From positions 62,001-126,000 of the forward strand of contig NW_020843941.1 in NCBI RefSeq assembly GCF_003704095.1: a stretch of 64,000 bases of DNA. Reading direction: 5' to 3'. Origin of the DNA: Pocillopora damicornis (lineage: Eukaryota). The position numbers and the translations under genes were made by a program. This document shows positions 33,801 to 48,800 of the stretch, piece after piece. The notes under the pieces were generated by a model. It searched no databases. It had not been told where the DNA came from and saw only the letters and a program-made list of their open reading frames with translations. The stretch's first letter is position 1, and the number at the start of each line of letters is the position of its first letter.

Positions 33801-36800
33801 TCCAATTGCCTCTGTAATCCCACTACTACCATTCTTGAAATCGTTTCGTCTGCCGCGGGATTTGTTCGAAGGCAACCCAAGATTCGAATGTTCGCCTGAT
33901 GCTCCTGTTTCTTCGCTGAACGAATCTGACCTCTCTTTGCGGGATAATTCTTCACTTGACGAATCAGACAGGCAGTCCGACTCTGCCCTACTCGACAGCT
34001 TTTGTACGTCTCTTTCACCATCATTCAACAACGACAGCCGAGGATTGGAGAATGACTGAAGAGACACAACCTTTAAGATATCATTGATTGAATTTTCGCC
34101 GAAATAAGGTATTCTTCGCCCATAAACTGCTTGATCGTCGGCCAATTTGCTGGACTTATTATTGCAAAATCCATTCGTTGTTTTCTTTAGCTTAGATCTT
34201 TCCGAACTTGAGGAGGTCGAATCATCGGAACTTTCGCTTCGTGACCGTTTCCGCAGTTTACGCGGCCCTCTCACCTCTTCCATGTCTATTTCGGCCTCTT
34301 GTGCGCTCTCTTGATGGTGAAATCGAGTATTCAAGAACAGAAAACTCAGTCAGACGAAAGAAATGTTCCTCGACTTTCGTTGAAAGTGCACAGAATGGAA
34401 AGTATTGAACTTAAACCTTTGACATACGATTATGTCATCTGAGAAGACGAGCCAACGGAGCATGCGTGGTTCCTAACTACAATAGCTTGATTGACGGACG
34501 GAAGAGACAACAGTCAAATGTTACATAACATTACTAGACAGGCCTATAGAAGCTCACGATATATCGAGTTAACACTTCGGCCGCTGCAAAATAACAGCGT
34601 AAATACACGTGTGGAACTGACATCTGTATCTCTCCATCTGGCCGATACAAATACCATGAATTGCGAAAACAAAATCACTTTTCGTTAGTGGAAATTTACC
34701 TTTCTTTTTCGCCTCTTCATCCTGTTCCATCGACCATGAAAATCACGCTCTTAATTTTTATTTTGGAATTCTTTAGCATGTATGTTATATTTGAATGTTG
34801 AATAGATCTCGAGGAATAGATTGGCTCGCAAGAAAAAATCGCGGTGAAATACTTTAAAAGCGTAAGTGAAAAACAAACGTTAATAAATCAACTGTATATC
34901 TCTTTTTGGTACATTTTCCGTCATGGAAGTGTCACAATTTGCGTTTGGATAATATCGGCTCTCATATTTCAAGTGGAGAGGAGCAAAACATCTCGTTAAT
35001 TCAGTTCCCCGCCCGCCGAGTTCATCTAAACTCTTTATCAAAGCGTTAAGCCCCCCGATCAGAAATTTTCAGTTGGATCAATCAGGGCCCTTCATTTGAA
35101 CTATAAAGGATTTATCCGCAACTAAGCAATGTTGCAACAGCTGATTTTTAGCGAGCACGTATCCGAATAAGAATTATGAATTTGTAATGAGACTTGACCA
35201 TGCACGTTTGTTAAATAACACGCGTGACTGAGTTCAGCGAGCAAAACGCAACTTGATCATGATTGTTGAGCATTCCAAGGGAACATGATCTTAGAACACA
35301 CAAAACGATCTCCTTCTGTTATAACAATCACTTCTGTACTTGTACTTGAATAGAATTTTAAGTGTATAAGTCATAACCTTACGCTGCAGTCAAAGTGCAG
35401 AGAGAGTTCCTTGGCTCAGATATCTTCAGTTCTTTTCCACCTCTTCTCGTTTTCGGATTTCCTTCTCGATTTCCGTTTTTCTTTCTTGGAGATGAACCTT
35501 TTGTAGATTTTGTCGACTCTGTAAAAGCGGCCCATTCGACTTTCCCTCTCCTCCCCTCCCCCGCCCCCTTCCACGGTAAACGATAACAAATCATGAACTT
35601 TTCATTCTTTCCATGCCTGTTATTCACTTACTTCAGTTCCTTTGACAGCCATACCTACCTTAAGAAATGTCCAAATCTAAAATCCAAACTGGGTGGAAAT
35701 CCAAGTCTTTTGGGGAAAGAAAATGTATTTTTCTGATTGAAGGAATAATTGGGGGCGTTCCTATGGCTGAAATCATTTACGTGTATGCGTTAGACGCGCG
35801 AGGAATACAACCATGCAACAGAAACGCGCGCGGATTGCTTCAGGTTGCTTCCGGAGGAGAATTACGTCCATATAAAGCGCTCTGAAAAAATTTGGACATT
35901 GCATATTCACTGAAGAATTATCGCTCAATGTTCTGGCCCGGTTTAAACATCTATAACGACTGGAGTGAAGAAGAGCGCAAACTCTTGCTTATAAAGAGTA
36001 ACCAATTTATTCAATTTTTTTAACGGTTGGGTGGAAACGAGGTGTGCGTCTCCAGGCGACACTGTGGTTGGTTCAGTGATTTACGTACTCTTGTTTACGG
36101 CTTTGCCGCAGAATGTTCTTCTAACCGCGAATTTTCCCATTGCATGAAAATTTATCATTCAAGTGCGCTGTTGCTATTTTCGTCCACAAGTGCCTGTTTG
36201 TTCAGGTTCAATGCACAAGTCTGTTTTTGTTTTCTTTATTTTATTAAAGGGAAACCTTTCGGTTCAGCCTATCGTGAAGGCAATTTATCAAAGTCGTTTG
36301 TAGTAGCGTATGCATGGGTCATTGCTGATAGACTGCGTGACGTAGAGAGCACATGCGACGGTCGGTATGTTTTGTTAAGGGCCCCACCTTTACAATGAAC
36401 CACAGACTTACCATTCGATTTTCGTATGCCACAGGCCTTTGAGATCTTTAATATTTTATGAGATTTATTTCCATTGGTTTACTTCAATAAAAGTTCTACC
36501 TAATCAGTTTTTCTCCAGGCCATATTTGTGGTCGAAAATTGCGTGAGCCTCGTAAGCCTTTTTGTAAACATTTTTCGGCGATTTGAAACACTTCAGTTCT
36601 TTCGCCACGAAAGCGATTAAAGTTTAAAGTTCGCAAGCCATTTACGTAATGATGAAGGTCCTGGTCAGCTGACCATCATGCCTCATAATCGCAGTGAGTG
36701 TAAAAGCTCTGTCAGAAATGACTTCAAGCCAAGCGAAGCTGGCAGTGGAACTTTATGACTCGCCCATTTGCCAGATCGCTTTCGACGATTTCATGAAACG

Positions 36801-39800
36801 GCAGTCTCAGTTCGTTGGTCAATTTCACGGCAGAGTTCAACACTGGCTCTGTCAATTGTATGTATATTGTTATATGACATACCTCGAGTATTGAATGCCA
36901 ACCTTCGTCGATAAGACTTAAGTGCTGATGTTGATAGGACATATGTACCCTCGTTTTCAAAATCGTAACACTAGGTGCAGATTTAAGCTCCATTGATCAA
37001 TCCTGTTAAGCTAATTTAAAAAGGGACAACCTAAATTTGATTAAATCTGTGTAGGAAGAGCTCACATGAAGCGTATGTTTTGTTTGCAATATTCGTTAAT
37101 ATTTATTATAACCCTCTTCACTGCGAGCGCAGTTTTCATCGACTCTTTTATAGAACCTCTAACGTTTCACGGAGCACAGTTGAGAGGAGCACTGAGGGAA
37201 CTTTAGCGTAGAGGAGTACTATCGACGTGTTTAAACTTTCTCCATACTTGAGACAAACTCCTTTCAAACGCATGCGCTGTACAGGATAAATTATCGCTCT
37301 AAAATGTGGCCAGTGGCCTATCGCGCACATAAAGCCAACACTTTCATCGCCATGATCATGACATAAATTCTCCTTGCTTTCCGCCATACATTTTCTTATG
37401 ATTTTAGCTTTAGAGAATTTGCTGTCAATCATCAATATCCCATGGTTGATTTTTTTTCCCTTTCATCATCTCTCTTTTAAATGCAACGATATTGAACAGA
37501 GAAATTCCATTTTGATCGCTCCTTAATTCTGACAATGAAAGAGCGATCGTATTAAGTTTTAAAGTAAGAAACTGTCGGTAGAGACACCCTGTTTACGACG
37601 TTCAACAATGAATTTTATCTCCCAGGCTTAAGGAATCAAAACTCCAGGTCTACACCCTGTTGGGCGAAACATGCCCCCCTCCCGCCAGGGGGGAGAGTAA
37701 GGGGTATCATCGATTCTTCACCCCCCTCTCCACCCGAATAATTGCATCTGCGCAATAGAACGTGCAAATATCTCTAAAATGTAAATCCCCTACTTTACTT
37801 TGAGTAGCAGCTGACAGGCATAAAACAGGAATGGTCAATACCGAGGGTAGAAAGAGGGATTCTTGGTGTCAAGGCCAAGCCCTTCAGAAGATAAGCCGCA
37901 GATTCTTGCAAGAAAGTGTAAAAGCGAGGATACATCAACTCTTTGAATTTCTTTCCATCTTTTTTTCCTCCAGTGATATACATTTAAAAATTTCAGCATG
38001 TTCATTTACTGCCGGAGAGCATTTCAGTTCCTCCCAAGCAGCAATTATTAAACCAGTATTAAATTGATTTTCTTGCTTTCCTCTGCTCGCGCAAAAAGTT
38101 ACAACAGACCGCCTTTCCCAAGCACTTAACTGAAATTTTCTTCAGCTGTTACGTGTCGTTACACAATTTCGTCGACAGATAGTTACAAAGTATCAGATGG
38201 CTGTTAAACAGCCTATGAATAGTCCTTTAATGTCATACTGTTTTTGAGCGCACTGAACAGAATTACGTTTCCCTAGAATCTTCGTTAGACCAAGTCAACG
38301 TACTTCACACTGGATTATCACAAAGCACTTGAAGTAAAACTATAACTTGCTGATAAGAATCAAGCGCAAGAGGTTTCTACTGATTCCAGGTGGAATTGGA
38401 ATTTCAATAATTGGTGATTACTAACTCTTTAACCGCTACGACTGATACAAATGTAGCTTCTCCCAACATTATCAGCCCCTGAATCAAACACTAAGGTTAC
38501 GAGAATAAAAGAATCGATCGCAAACTCAAGAAGCTTTTGATTGTTAGACAAATTCTCCTCGCAAGTACCATAAAAAATGTATACAGAACAGTATGGAGAA
38601 CTTACACACTGATATTAGAATGTAAAGGGTTTAAATGAACTGAAGAAAAGAGGAAATATGCAGTAATTATATTGTATGAAATGTTTACTAAGGATTGTGT
38701 TTATGGCGAAAGTGGTTTACCCTCTCAAGTAGATTCAAAAGAATTATTTTTAATAATTTTACGTGATTCAATCTTTGTTTTCTTAAACAGAGAAAGACAA
38801 CTCCCATTTTGCCTTTATCACAAGTCAGAACTTTAGATTTTACTCAACAGAAAGAAGGAAAATGGGCAGGGGTCTGTCTGGCTCTACTGTTATTTAATAA
38901 TTTTTTTGACTACTGCTAGAGAATCGCTGTTATTAAATACTGTTATTTAATAATTTTTTTGACTACTGCTAGAGAATCGCTGAAATGTGAAAACCAGAAC
39001 AATCTGGTTTTCCTCGATAATACTGTAAGATTACTCGGTAGCCAGAGATAATTGTATTTGAAATATATCGCAGTTTCAAAAAATGCTCGCTAAACGTGCG
39101 TTGTGTAAGATATCTCATTAATTACGACCTAACGTTTTTCCTGCCTGACCTGCATGAAATTCATTCCGAAATTGCCTAAATCACAAAGGCTTGAGCTGAT
39201 CGAACCATTTAACGATTTTCCCATGGAAAATCCTACTCAATCGCTCCTCACAAATGCTGCAATATGCATAAAAAGATATGCCGAAGATCGGAAAAAGGTT
39301 TGATCGTTTTGAAGTTGTGGCGGCTTTTGATTAGTGCCCTAGCTATTGAAAGATTAAACACTCGAGATCACTAAAAGATAAAAATGAATCTAGGGTCTTT
39401 TCGTGTTTTTTACAGCAAATGGAATCAATGGCAAACTGATGGTGGCATGACCTCAGTCACTAATCCGTAAATTTTTTAAGCAAAAATGGCCACAGAGTAA
39501 TAAATGACTGAAGATTAAATCCAGAGTGAATTGATGTAAAATACTATTTTAGAGAAAACCAGTAAAAATCATCGTTGCGCTGGGACTGAGGTCTCAATGT
39601 ACAATGGTACGTAAAAAAAGTACACGTCTCTTGCATCTTTAACGGAAAATTATCCAGTGCTTGACTGCTTAAGATCTATTCTTCATGTTTTAATGAATTC
39701 AAGGACTTTCTCGAGAGCATACAGCAAGTGTTAAAAAAATTATTTCGGAGCGAATTGCAACATTGTATTTATAAAACAAAACAGACACATTTGCTATTGT

Positions 39801-42800
39801 TCGCTGCTCTTGGGAATCGTGGTGGCTAATTTTGTTTCGGATATCCATTGGATTACTTTGAAAAGAATTGCAAAAATCAGTGTCGCGTGGGATTTGTCAA
39901 CTGTCCAGAATCTCATGGAAAAAAATTGCTAAGCGACATGCTATAGCAGTGATATTGCCAATAAAAATCACTCTAATGATAACCTTTCGTGCCAGTATAT
40001 GCTACATGCAACAATAACGGAAGACTTACTGAAGATTTAGTTTATAATCCGATAATTTCTAACGCGATGAGTTAAGCTCAAGATTTACCTCGAAAAGACC
40101 ACATCTCAATCAAAATAATTTCGAATTAGAACTGCCGAATTATTCTAACGTACTTTGCTACGGGTCATCTAACAGCCTAAAACACCAGAACACAAAAATA
40201 AGACAATTTTAAAATGCGAGAAACGCAGTGTCTGTTCTGAGCCGTGATGTTGGACTTTGTCTGTTTCGTCTCGCGAACAACACTCTTGAAATCTTGGACA
40301 TACATCGAGCTAATTTGCAACATATAACACCTTCACATATCAACTCGCTAATTTACTTAAGATTCTTAAAATTGATTCCTTTTCTGGTAGCAGCGAATAA
40401 CAGCGATCATCGAAGGCCAAAGCTTTCTCAGAGAAAATTCAGGGGCGTTACTAAGCCCTTGTCACATCATTTTCAATTCAATTGGTGTTTGTGCGCTCTC
40501 TTGAAAAAGCTAACAAATTTTACGCTAAGTAAAGTGATTTAAGCTTTAATCACAACACCGCGTTTACCGACTAGTCAAAGAAACATTGTCGATGCAGGTC
40601 AAAAAAGAATTTAAATTTTAATAAACGAAAAAAATGAGATTATTGCTGAAGAGAAAAATTTGCTAGATTTGCTAGTATTGCACGGATTTTCTGTAAACCC
40701 ATTTAAAGTTTCCTGAGCAACCTGACTTTCCTTGTCGAGTTATAAAAGCTAGCCAATGATTTCCTCGACTTACAATCTTTTCGCAAACAAGACCAAGCTC
40801 ACCACTGATATAACAAACGTTTTCAAGGAAAAGTTCTTTGATATCATGCGGCTTTGAAAGCAATGCGTGGATTTCTTGCCAAATGCAAAGAAAAAAGTGA
40901 CATGTTTAAATTATCAGACATCTTACCGGTGAAAGAGATTTAAAAGTCTAAAACTCCAGAGAAGTAGTATTCAGTAGTTATAATCCGTATTTGAAGGGCG
41001 CAAAGCTTGTCTTTCTCAGGATATTCCCATAGCTTTCTCAGTTTTGAAGTATTATTGCTTAGGATCTCTTTGTACTTAAATGTATTTATTTCTGCCAAAA
41101 ATGCTGTCTTTCTTCCGCACTAGTATGACTTACAAAGCCTCTTGTAAACTCGTCCTAAATCTTGCACGCACGCGCAGGGCATGGCAAAGTGCCATTGTTC
41201 TTTTGTCGCCACAACACCAGTTGTAAACACAAATTCAGAGAAGATTGACTTCTTAAGAGTGAAGGCACATTTTACAAAAGCTCTCGGCATCTAAAGATTT
41301 TTCCAGTGACAGAAATCAGATCTTAAAATGATTGAATTTACTACTTTTCATGGCTGCAAAAATCTTTAAATTTTGAAGAAGGACTACTATGCTTGAAAAA
41401 AAAATACAGATCTGACAACTGGGAAATTTCTAGCCTAGCTTATGTCACAAATAAGGAGGCTTATAGCGAGGCCACGAATGTTCTCGAATGATCGGTAAAA
41501 ACAATTTTACTTTGGATACAATAAAACAACATGCATGATTGCATGAAGCATAAGTTTTTTCCAAACTTTTTATGGGACATTTAGTTTTGAGAGTGGTATA
41601 CCACGGTAAAACAAATTTTAGAGTACTTCTTTCCCCCTCTCTTCAAAAAGTCAATGTTTTTGCATGACGCAATATAGGTTAAAAAGTGCGCAAAATGCAT
41701 CACTCTTCGATCCAAATAGTCAGCTTTATTCCGCGTAGGGATTAATTCTGTCTGTACAGCTTTCGTGAGGATGAATTCAGATTACCTTTACCGAAACGGA
41801 TGTAGATTCTTCAAAAGAGAGCTGAATTCGATAGATATCGCCGACTATATCATTAACAAATGAAATGATCAGTAAACCTTTTCTGAAAATGACCCATTCA
41901 CATGTAACCATCGAGAGATCATAACTTTAAAAAAGCATTTTAACCACGTCTTTCCGTAAAGAAACCGCAACGATATTCTTCTGTAACAATTTTGCACTCA
42001 AATGTTACAATTCAGTCTCGTAGCAAAACTCTATTTGCTACAAATCAAAATGGCGGATAAGAAACGTCAATAGAGAACGCAGTACTGTACGTTAAGGCTA
42101 TTATTTCCCGAGGGGGCAATTTTTTTTCTTTTTCTTTCTCTTTGGGTCACAAAGCCTAGGAGCAGGCGGTGGATGAAAAGATTTTAAGTGGAAGGAAGTC
42201 TTTTGACAATTAATCTCTAAGACGACAAATGATGTCCAAATTTCTTTGCGTGAAGTGTCCGTTGATCGGCCAGGTTCAACGCAGATCAAGGAAAGGGTGC
42301 CGCATTTTTTTAGAGAAAAAAAAATTATCTGCAGATCTGAAAAGGTAGGCATCTTCTTAGAACATCCAATCGAGAGAAATCAGAACAACAAATTTCCCGC
42401 GATTTACAGAACCGAAACGCACCAAAGAATTCACAAATAGATTCGTGACATCGGAGGTTTACCTCCCGTAAATCGAACTTCTTGCAGACACAAACATACA
42501 GGCAAGGTGACATAGCATGCAAACGAAGAAGGGTGATTAGTGAAATCGGAAGTACTTTTGAAATAACGGCATTAAAACTACAATCAATAACCATAGTGAT
42601 GACAGAGTGTTTGTCACTTTTGTGGTGAAGCTACAAGCTTTCTGTAACTCATGCACACATTTGGGGGAGGGGTGGGCAAACTTAAACTTTACAACATGGT
42701 TCTACTTCTGAATGATCGATTATAAGTTTCTCGACATGGAGTTCCTTGCGTGTGAATGTCATTCCATATTATGCAACGTGAACTTTTGGATGGAAACGGG

Positions 42801-45800
42801 TATTTCACACGCTTCTGAACGCAATAAAAAGGTTAAATTCCCTGGGAGGGATCGGCTAAAGGCGAGCTAAACTCTTTGTTTCTGAGCCAGACATAACAGC
42901 TGTCTCGTATGTTATTTCATGCCCTAGAGGGATTTATAAGCTGAACTTTGTCCTAAACAACTAATGTACACGCACAGATCTTCCCCCCAAAATTTATTCT
43001 AAGTAATTTTGATAGCGGAATACTTATCCTCTAATATTAGTACCCAAGACATAAAAGGGCGTAAAGAAATAACAGGACATCCACAAAAGCGGATGTTTAA
43101 TTGCCATATTTGTGAATGTATAGTAAATAAGGCGATATCAGTCCTTGTACTAATGTGTCGAGGTTTATCACAATGCCGGTTGTTTTGACTTTAAATAGTG
43201 TAGCTGCTAAAACGTTTTAACAATCAAAAGCAATGAAATGAGAAAAATTTTCAAAGATCAACATCGCTCGTTGTTTTCTGTGATGGTAAATGTCTTGGTA
43301 ACACGAACTCGGGACCAATTACAGTTTTTTTCCTCTCTCTCAGCGTGTAGCCCTGATGCAGCTCAGAGATTCATGCTGTCGTAAACCGTCGCTGCCAAAA
43401 TGGCATGACTTCCCGCAAATAATGCGAATACTAAGGCCTTTCATATCAAAAATACGTCCTTCACACATTGACAAGAATTAATCACTGATAAAAAGAATTA
43501 AAAGACCTCCGAGGTTGTCCAAACGAAATGCTTTCCATTCCATTTTTCCATTAGAAACCTGTCTTATCTTTTTCCTAATTAATCACGAAATGACAGAGAT
43601 GAAACATTTCTGTATGTAATGACTGGGGAATGACGGACATTTTAATCATGAAATAAGAGAGGACCACAGATTATCGATTAAAATTTTTTATGAATTTTCA
43701 TCCCTTATTTTGTAAAGCATAATGAACACTACTAGTTCTGTAAAAACACCAGTGTTTTATCCACAAACTTAAAAGTTGGAATCACCTTGAACAGTACCAC
43801 ATGGAAAGTACTGCTCAGAACTTTTCATTTGAAAGGTCACATACTTCGTGTACGTTTACTATCCAGAGCACTGAAAGTTAGAATCACCTATTATGGCATG
43901 GGAAAGGGCACCATACAGAATTAATGCTTAGCTTTCAAATGCGAGGTCACACCCTAAGGTTTTTAGCCGCAGAGTCAAAAGTTAGAGGTACTTTTTACAG
44001 CGTAAGAAACAGAAACAGCGGTTTTCATTCTAGAGCCTTCGACTGAATGTTGCGACGCCCATAGATTCTCTGTTTAGGTAAATCTCTTTACCTTTAATTC
44101 GTTGTTCATAAGAAGTAAAAGCAAAATAAAAACACAGGTAGTGAACTATAAATAACAAAAACCACATACTTCAAGAGCGCTCAGAACTCGGCTAATCTAA
44201 ACAAGAGCAGAATTCTCTCAATTCTTGGACAAATCCCTAAATTGGACTGAAGGGAATAACAACCTTTTATCCAATTTGAAAAATTCCTTCAATACTATGT
44301 AATCTTTAACCAAATAACTTGCGTTTACTCAGACAACATTTTTAATCAACGCTAAAATATGAAATTCAAAAAGTTGTCTCGCTCGGTGAAACAAAAGAAA
44401 AGGGTTGCTAAACTCGTGTAAAGTTGTTCATTTGCCGTACAGTTAAAGCGTGAAGCTTAAAATACAGATATGAATTCACAACCCGCCTGAGGCACGGACA
44501 AAGTTAATACTTATTTTGCAACATACAAGTGCTAATGAGATCAACGTTATCAGCCGTCGACATTCAAAAACGCCTTCACAAGTGCTACAGGCGTTAAAAG
44601 AATTAATCAAACGTGACTGAAACTGTTATAACCTCCGTATGATACCAGTATATTCAAACCTTTGTCCACGTTCCTGGCGCGTGTGTAACAAATACTCCAC
44701 AAAAAAACACAACTGCTACATGGAAACCGTTTGGGACTTGCGCTAGACAGATCGGATCAAATTATAACAATTTTACCCCAACACAATCTTACACAATGGA
44801 GAGGGATTTCCCTAACCCAAGCTAACAGCTAAATTTAGTTTTGTAGCCTTTTAAAAATAGCACTCACTGACGCCGAAGAATTCAACCTCGGCTCAAAAAT
44901 TTCGCAATGTCATATTTAGATAATTCTGCGTATAGACATAAAAAATATTTACACGTTTTGTTGTTCTTGATTTGATGGTGTTCGTAAGTTTCAACAATTT
45001 TAGATTATCTAACAAAATACGGAAACTGGCGAAAGATACACTACACTGGACGCTATGTGTGTATGTATATATACATCTCATTTTTTTCGTAATTGTCAAT
45101 TTATTTCAGTCATACGTGAGTTTCAATTATAATCCTTTTTGCAGGAAAATAGTGTAAAAGTTAATTGACTCTCTCAAACTGCATCAAAGTATTATAAGAA
45201 TTTCCTTTTTGAAAAGCGATAAAACTCTTCTCTTCGTTCATGCGATTTACGGGTTCTTTATAAACCGACTTTTAGATTCTTTTCACAGCGCTTTTCAGAA
45301 AATTAAATCAATTACCGACCAAATAGAATTAATTCATTTGATAACGAACTATGTGGGAAATTCACGCCTTTATGATGACCTTTTCTATTTTCAACCTTTC
45401 AGTTAGGATTGCTGTGAAGGTTAGAAATACCGAAAATAAACAGGTTTGCCCCACGAAACATATGTTGTACCATACAGAATTCTCTACAAGCCTTCTTTTT
45501 TTCGTTCAATATTTAGTTAAGATCTGGTATGGCTTAGAACACTGCAAAGCCGATTGAGATTTTAGCTGTTTAGCCTGACACAAACAGGCAAAGTAAACAC
45601 GGGATGATTTTAACGGGGATTATTTAGTTAATAGCGATTAATCTTGGTAATTTTATATTTCAAAAGGCGTTAAAACGTGACCCGAGCGTGAATTTTTCCA
45701 GAAATTCCTTCTGGAGAAATTCAAACGATATGTAAACAACTTTGTAGAGACAAATTATGTGGAACTTTTCAGAGAGAGGAAATTTGCGACTTTGCAACAT

Positions 45801-48800
45801 GGAATCGTAACCGTACATAGAAGTTACTTTCATCTGAAGGAAACGTTCAATTAACTATCTAAATGCTGTTAAAGATTTTGAGGTGAAAACCAGTAAGAAA
45901 ATTATAGTCAATTTTACTGTTTAATCCTAAAATCTCCCTTCGTTTTATTGGGTATTATTAGCGATTTAGTAAGGAGAATTCAGAACTACATCTTTCGTTG
46001 GCTTACCTAGATCTTTTAAGCTGTTAAGTCGCTCGAACACTGTAACTGATAGTATATACTTGTGAAACAATGGATCCGAAATTTTTATTTCTCAGAAGAG
46101 TATCCGAGATGAATAAAATAAAATACTTAAAAGAATTTTAAGTTTAATCGCGGTGCTTTCAGAGGCTTAAATTTTTCAAAAATGCCGGTACTTGTTCATT
46201 GTTTTTGTATCAAGAGCAGTAAGCGGTACAGTTGCTTCAAAGTCCGCTTAACTGTGATCCAAATATCTTTGGATAGTTTTAAGACATTCTGCATCATTAA
46301 TTTTCGTGGGATGGAACTGTCGCGGGCTTGTAAGTCCTGCTGAAGATTTAAAAAATGTGGGGCATGTGTTTTTCAATATTTGACGTTATCAATAATTATT
46401 TTTCTCGGAGGTTTATTCTGATAGCCATGAAGAAAAGGGACAGCTCTCCGAATGGAACAATGTTGAACACTGATCAGAAATCTTTCACAAATAAAAATAT
46501 GATTCTCATTGCAGAGTATTCGGGCCGCAACTAAGTGCTGTTTTGAGGTCGAATACTTTATAAGAAGACCGAGTTATTGAGAACTAAATGGTATGTTACA
46601 CCTAACACTGGACGAATTCAAATTCATTTTCGGTCATGGACCCCTTAAAAACCCCTTGATGAATTGGCTAAAGCGGAAAAAATCAACCTTATCTAACATC
46701 TGATTATGCTATCTCTTAAGTCTTCTATATGTTTTGCTTTGAAGTATACGTAGTTCCTCCGTAACCTCATTTGGTGACATGTTAATTTGAGATGGATCTA
46801 CCACAGACCCTAGAGGGCGGATTCGATTCGAAACCGCCAGATCGCATTTCATTTCACGCCAAACCACCCACTTATTTTAAACCGTAATGCACAGAGCTAC
46901 ACATATTTTTGATAACATGACGTAATTTCCTACCAAATACCTCACTTTGTTTAAGTCGACGGAATGAGAAAGTGTATATTAAGCGTCGTGTTGATATAGG
47001 ACCTCTCTATTGCTAGAGAGACAGATATCAAATTGAATCCACAAATTTTGGCCAGAATACTTGACTAATAAACCAAATGCCTTCGCAAGGATGACCTATC
47101 GGTTCTTTCGTTGAGTGATGAAAAAAGGAGATTGAAAGAAACTCTCTTCTTTAGACGAAATATACAGTAATATATTGTTAACATTAAAGTGGCTAATTTG
47201 CCGTCATAGCTACAATCTACGAATTAACCTTGTTTCTGAATATAAAAACATATGGTGAATTAAAGAATCAGTCTTGGAGAAAATCACATCACTTTTAGAC
47301 CCGTGACAAACACAAGCAAGAGAAACATTAATATGATTAAAAGATCTGTGAAAGTATCATCAATCACGTCCGCGCGCCAAAGTATTTTCATGTTGTTTAA
47401 CCAAATAACTTGCTATCTAATTCGCGCCGTTTACCGTCTAGTGACCTAAGACGTTCGCGCAAATAAGCACCACAAGCGAGTTTTCCTTAAGTCAATATAC
47501 ACCTCTGTAAACATCGTGTTTACTCTTCATTTGCGCTGGAGATCGGCTTAGTTAAGCAAACAGTTCATTCCGCCAACGATTTCTAGCGGAAGGTAACCAG
47601 TTTTGCTCATGAAAACAACCTTGCGCGCACAAAGTCACGTTCGCTCTTTTGCGATGATCGCAAAATGTTTTTTTCGTGTGCTGATGTCAATCTGCAAGAG
47701 CTTCTAATGAGAATACGTCGTTTTTTGATTGACCACTTCTTTATTAGGTTGGATAACAAACTGCGGAAGGCCCCCTGGTTTCGGAAATTGCAGAATAATT
47801 GTCCTAACACAACACGCTCACTTTGATGTAATTGCGCAGACAAATATACACTTCCAGTCACGAAAATTCCGCAGATACCTCCGGTTCCCTACTGCTTTCC
47901 ATCACATGGGATTTAACAGCATAGAATGATAGCTCAGACGATCTAATTCCACCATACTCGCAATCAGTAGGATGGACAGATAAGAGCGAAAAACTCCACT
48001 AATGAAACACAACACGTTTTGGATGCACTTTGCTGATTCAGTTTACGCTGATTCGCTCTTGAAAAACTACTCAGGAGGTTCAATTATAGACCATTTTAAC
48101 TTAACCGAAGGATCTGGTCTGATTTTTCAGTACGTGTTTGTTTTTACGTGTTTAAAGGTTGACAGCAATAGCGAAAATGTGGTCACGACTTTGAAACTCT
48201 GTTAATAAGATAATATCCTTTACTGTTATTCAAAAAGGTATTACTCAAACTATAGCTTTATCTCCGATACAAGGCGTGTTTTCAGCGCCATTAGTATTGA
48301 TCCATGAGTTCTAAGAGGAATGTTCAAATTGTTGATGAGTAGGTTGTTGTTGTAATATTGCACACATCTTTTCGCTTCGTTTGAGAACGACAAATTTGAC
48401 GCGTGAATGAATTTACGGTTAGTGTATTTCTAAGTGCCCTTGTGACCTCTTCAAACCGAGAACACGTCGACATTTGCTTGAAACCTTAGTATATTTTAAT
48501 TTCCCCAGTGTTAATAAGACAAGTTAACTCAACAATTCTATTTACGAGCGTTAGTCTCTTGCCGCTTACAAAGTGCCCACACCCCGTGAAACACCATCAA
48601 CTTAAAGTACGAGTTGTGCGACACGCGAAATAAACGCCGGGCATCTGTTGAGTTCACTCAATAACGTATTTAATGTGCCTGACAAATGATGCTTTCACAT
48701 TGTCATTGGCTACAGTGAGCGCTAAAATAAGATGCACACAGCAGTGAGACTTTGTTATCACGAGCTGTTAAGTAAACTACTTTGTTTATTGTGTATGGAA

